Shown piece by piece: positions 62,159-64,000 of a stretch of 64,000 bases of DNA; position 1 is the stretch's first letter, and each line of letters starts with the position of its first letter. The notes under the pieces were generated by a model that worked only from the letters and a program-made list of their open reading frames with translations, was not told the DNA's origin and did no database searches. The stretch comes from Squalus acanthias. Lineage: Eukaryota. A program made the position numbers and the translations under genes. The stretch lies in the NCBI GenBank assembly GCA_030390025.1, contig CM059432.1, positions 145,142,001 to 145,206,000 on the forward strand, written 5' to 3'.

Positions 62159-62632
62159 GTGAGTTTATGTTCCACTTGATAGAACGGTCCGGGGTCGGAG
62201 TTTTTTGCGTGGCGCGGTAATGGTTAAGGAGAGATACTGTAACACACGGTAAGACAGCAGGGCTCCTCCAGAGCTCATGGTCTGGCTGTGATACTGACTC
62301 CAGCAGTCTAACGGGCGGGGAGTGGATGATCCCGGGCACCTCACTGCTTCAATAACACGAGACGCGAGCAGTGATCATTCTGTAACACCGGGAGATGTGT
62401 ATCGTGTGGAATTGTGGCCACAATTTATTACCCCCGGGGTTGTTAACAGCGAGGTTTATGTGTGAGGGGCAAGCCGCGTGTCGGGGGATGATAGCCTGCG
62501 CAGGGTGTACACATGTACCGAGCTAATGTGCTTCTGGCACTCACCTCCTTATTACAAAACTTTCAGATTATTAATTCTAATAAATCTGTAGTATGTATTG
62601 TGGGGTAAACACCCAAAAGTCAGTTAGATAGT

Positions 62633-63750
62633 GTAGTAATAGTTCAAAGAGACAGCAATAGTTTATAGAGACAGTAATAGTTTATAGAGACAGTAATAGT
62701 TTATAAAAGAGACAATAATAGTTTATAGAGACAGTAATAGTTTATAGAGACAGTAATAGTTTATAAAAGAGACAATAATAGTTTATAGAGACAATAATAG
62801 TTTATAGAGACAGTAATAGTTTATAGAGACAGCAATAGTTTATAATAGAGACAATAATAGTTTATAATAGAGACAATAATAGTTTATAGAGACAGTAATA
62901 GTTCATAAAAGAGTCAATAATAGTTTATAGAGACAGTAATAGTTCATAAAAGAGACAGTAATAGTTTATAGAGACAGTAATAGTTCATAAAAGAGACAAC
63001 AATAGTTTATAGAGACAGTAATAGTTTATAAAAGAGACAATAATAGTTTATAGAGACAGTAATAGTTTATAAAAGAGACAATAATAGTTTATAGAGACAG
63101 TAATAGTTCATAAAAGAGACAGTAATAGTTTATAGAGACAGTAATAGTTCATAAAAGAGACAGTAATAGTTTATAGAGACAGTAATAGTTCATAAAAGAG
63201 ACAGTAATAGTTTATAGAGACAGTAATAGTTTATAAAAGAGACAATAATAGTTTATAGAGACAGTAATAGTTTATAAAAGAGACAATAATAGTTTATAGA
63301 GACAGTAATAGTTCATAAAAGAGCCAATAATAGTTTATAAAAGAGACAATAATAGTTTATAGAGACAGTAATAGTTTATAAAAGAGACAATAATAGTTTA
63401 TAGAGACAGTAATAGTTTATAAAAGAGACAACAATAGTTTATAGAGACAGTAATAGTTTATAGAGACAGTAATAGTTTATAGAGACAGTAATAGTTTATA
63501 AAAGAGACAGTAATAGTTTATAGAGACAGTAATAGTTTATAGAGACAGTAATAGTTTATAAAGACAGTAATAGTTTATAGAGACAGTAATAGTTTATAAA
63601 AGAGACAATAATAGTTTATAGAGACAGTAATAGTTTATAGAGACAGTAATAGTTTATAAAAGAGACAGTAATAGTTTATAGAGACAGTAATAGTTTATAA
63701 AAGAGACAGTAATAGTTTATAGAGAAGCAATAGTTTATGAGAGACAGTAT
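62633..63750 (+). repeat. AT-rich minisatellite (AGAGACAGTAATAGTTTAT, 19/22-bp variants) within the J cluster
   Basis: Roughly 55 tandem units. Confidence 0.97.
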
Positions 63751-63800
63751 TACTCACCTCTGCTTCCCATTGAGATATTGAACAGTCCTGTATCACTGTG

Positions 63801-63849
63801 GTTAATACTGCTATGCAGTTCGGCGCTGGGACCAAACTCATTGTAACGG
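63801..63849 (+). CDS. TRGJ: TCR gamma J segment (VNTAMQFGAGTKLIVT)
   Basis: Heptamer CACTGTG at 63794-63800, 12-nt spacer, weak nonamer AGATATTGA; FGAG; donor GTAAGT. Confidence 0.85.
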
Positions 63850-63935
63850 GTAAGTCTGATATCATTGCCCATCGCGGGCCGAGTGTCTCCGAGCGGCCCT
63901 GTGCCGGCGGGTTTTGCACCGTGAGGAACACAGTC

Positions 63936-63960
63936 TCCTTTCGGCGCTGGGAAAAGGCTG
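63936..63960 (+). pseudogene. Truncated pseudo-J (FGAGKRL)
   Basis: GGGTTTTGC-11-CACAGTC upstream; FGAG motif; GTGAGT donor falls in phase 0 after a shortened segment. Confidence 0.6.
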
Positions 63961-64000
63961 GTGAGTCTTAAAATCCACCACTTTAACAACACACGGGAGA

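Noticed and set aside
62633-63750. CRISPR-like appearance of short regular repeats
   Set aside because: No unique spacers; eukaryotic tandem minisatellite

Overview
This window is most of a cartilaginous-fish (shark-type) T-cell receptor gamma (TRG) translocon on the + strand. It holds seven intact V segments, each with a split leader, a short phase-1 intron, an Ig V domain (I[H/Y]WY...YYC) and a 23-bp-spacer RSS. These are followed by a J cluster (61.4-64.0 kb) with 12-bp-spacer RSSs: four FGxG J segments that look functional and three defective or atypical J-like segments. I found no D segments and no constant exon in the window. The first two V genes come from a recent tandem duplication of about 7.4 kb. 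Most intervening DNA is elasmobranch repeats: CR1/HER1 LINEs, HE1/V-SINEs, Deu-domain SINEs, a Penelope-like element, RTE and L2 fragments, MITEs and solo LTRs. Notable unexplained structure includes replacement-biased divergence of the duplicated V exons, a positionally conserved V-promoter motif, a minisatellite built of DR5 nuclear-receptor sites, a palindromic TG..CA element with a 5-bp TSD, and several minimal hammerhead-ribozyme motifs. V/J numbering is mine (order in window), and repeat boundaries are approximate. The species cannot be determined from the sequence alone.
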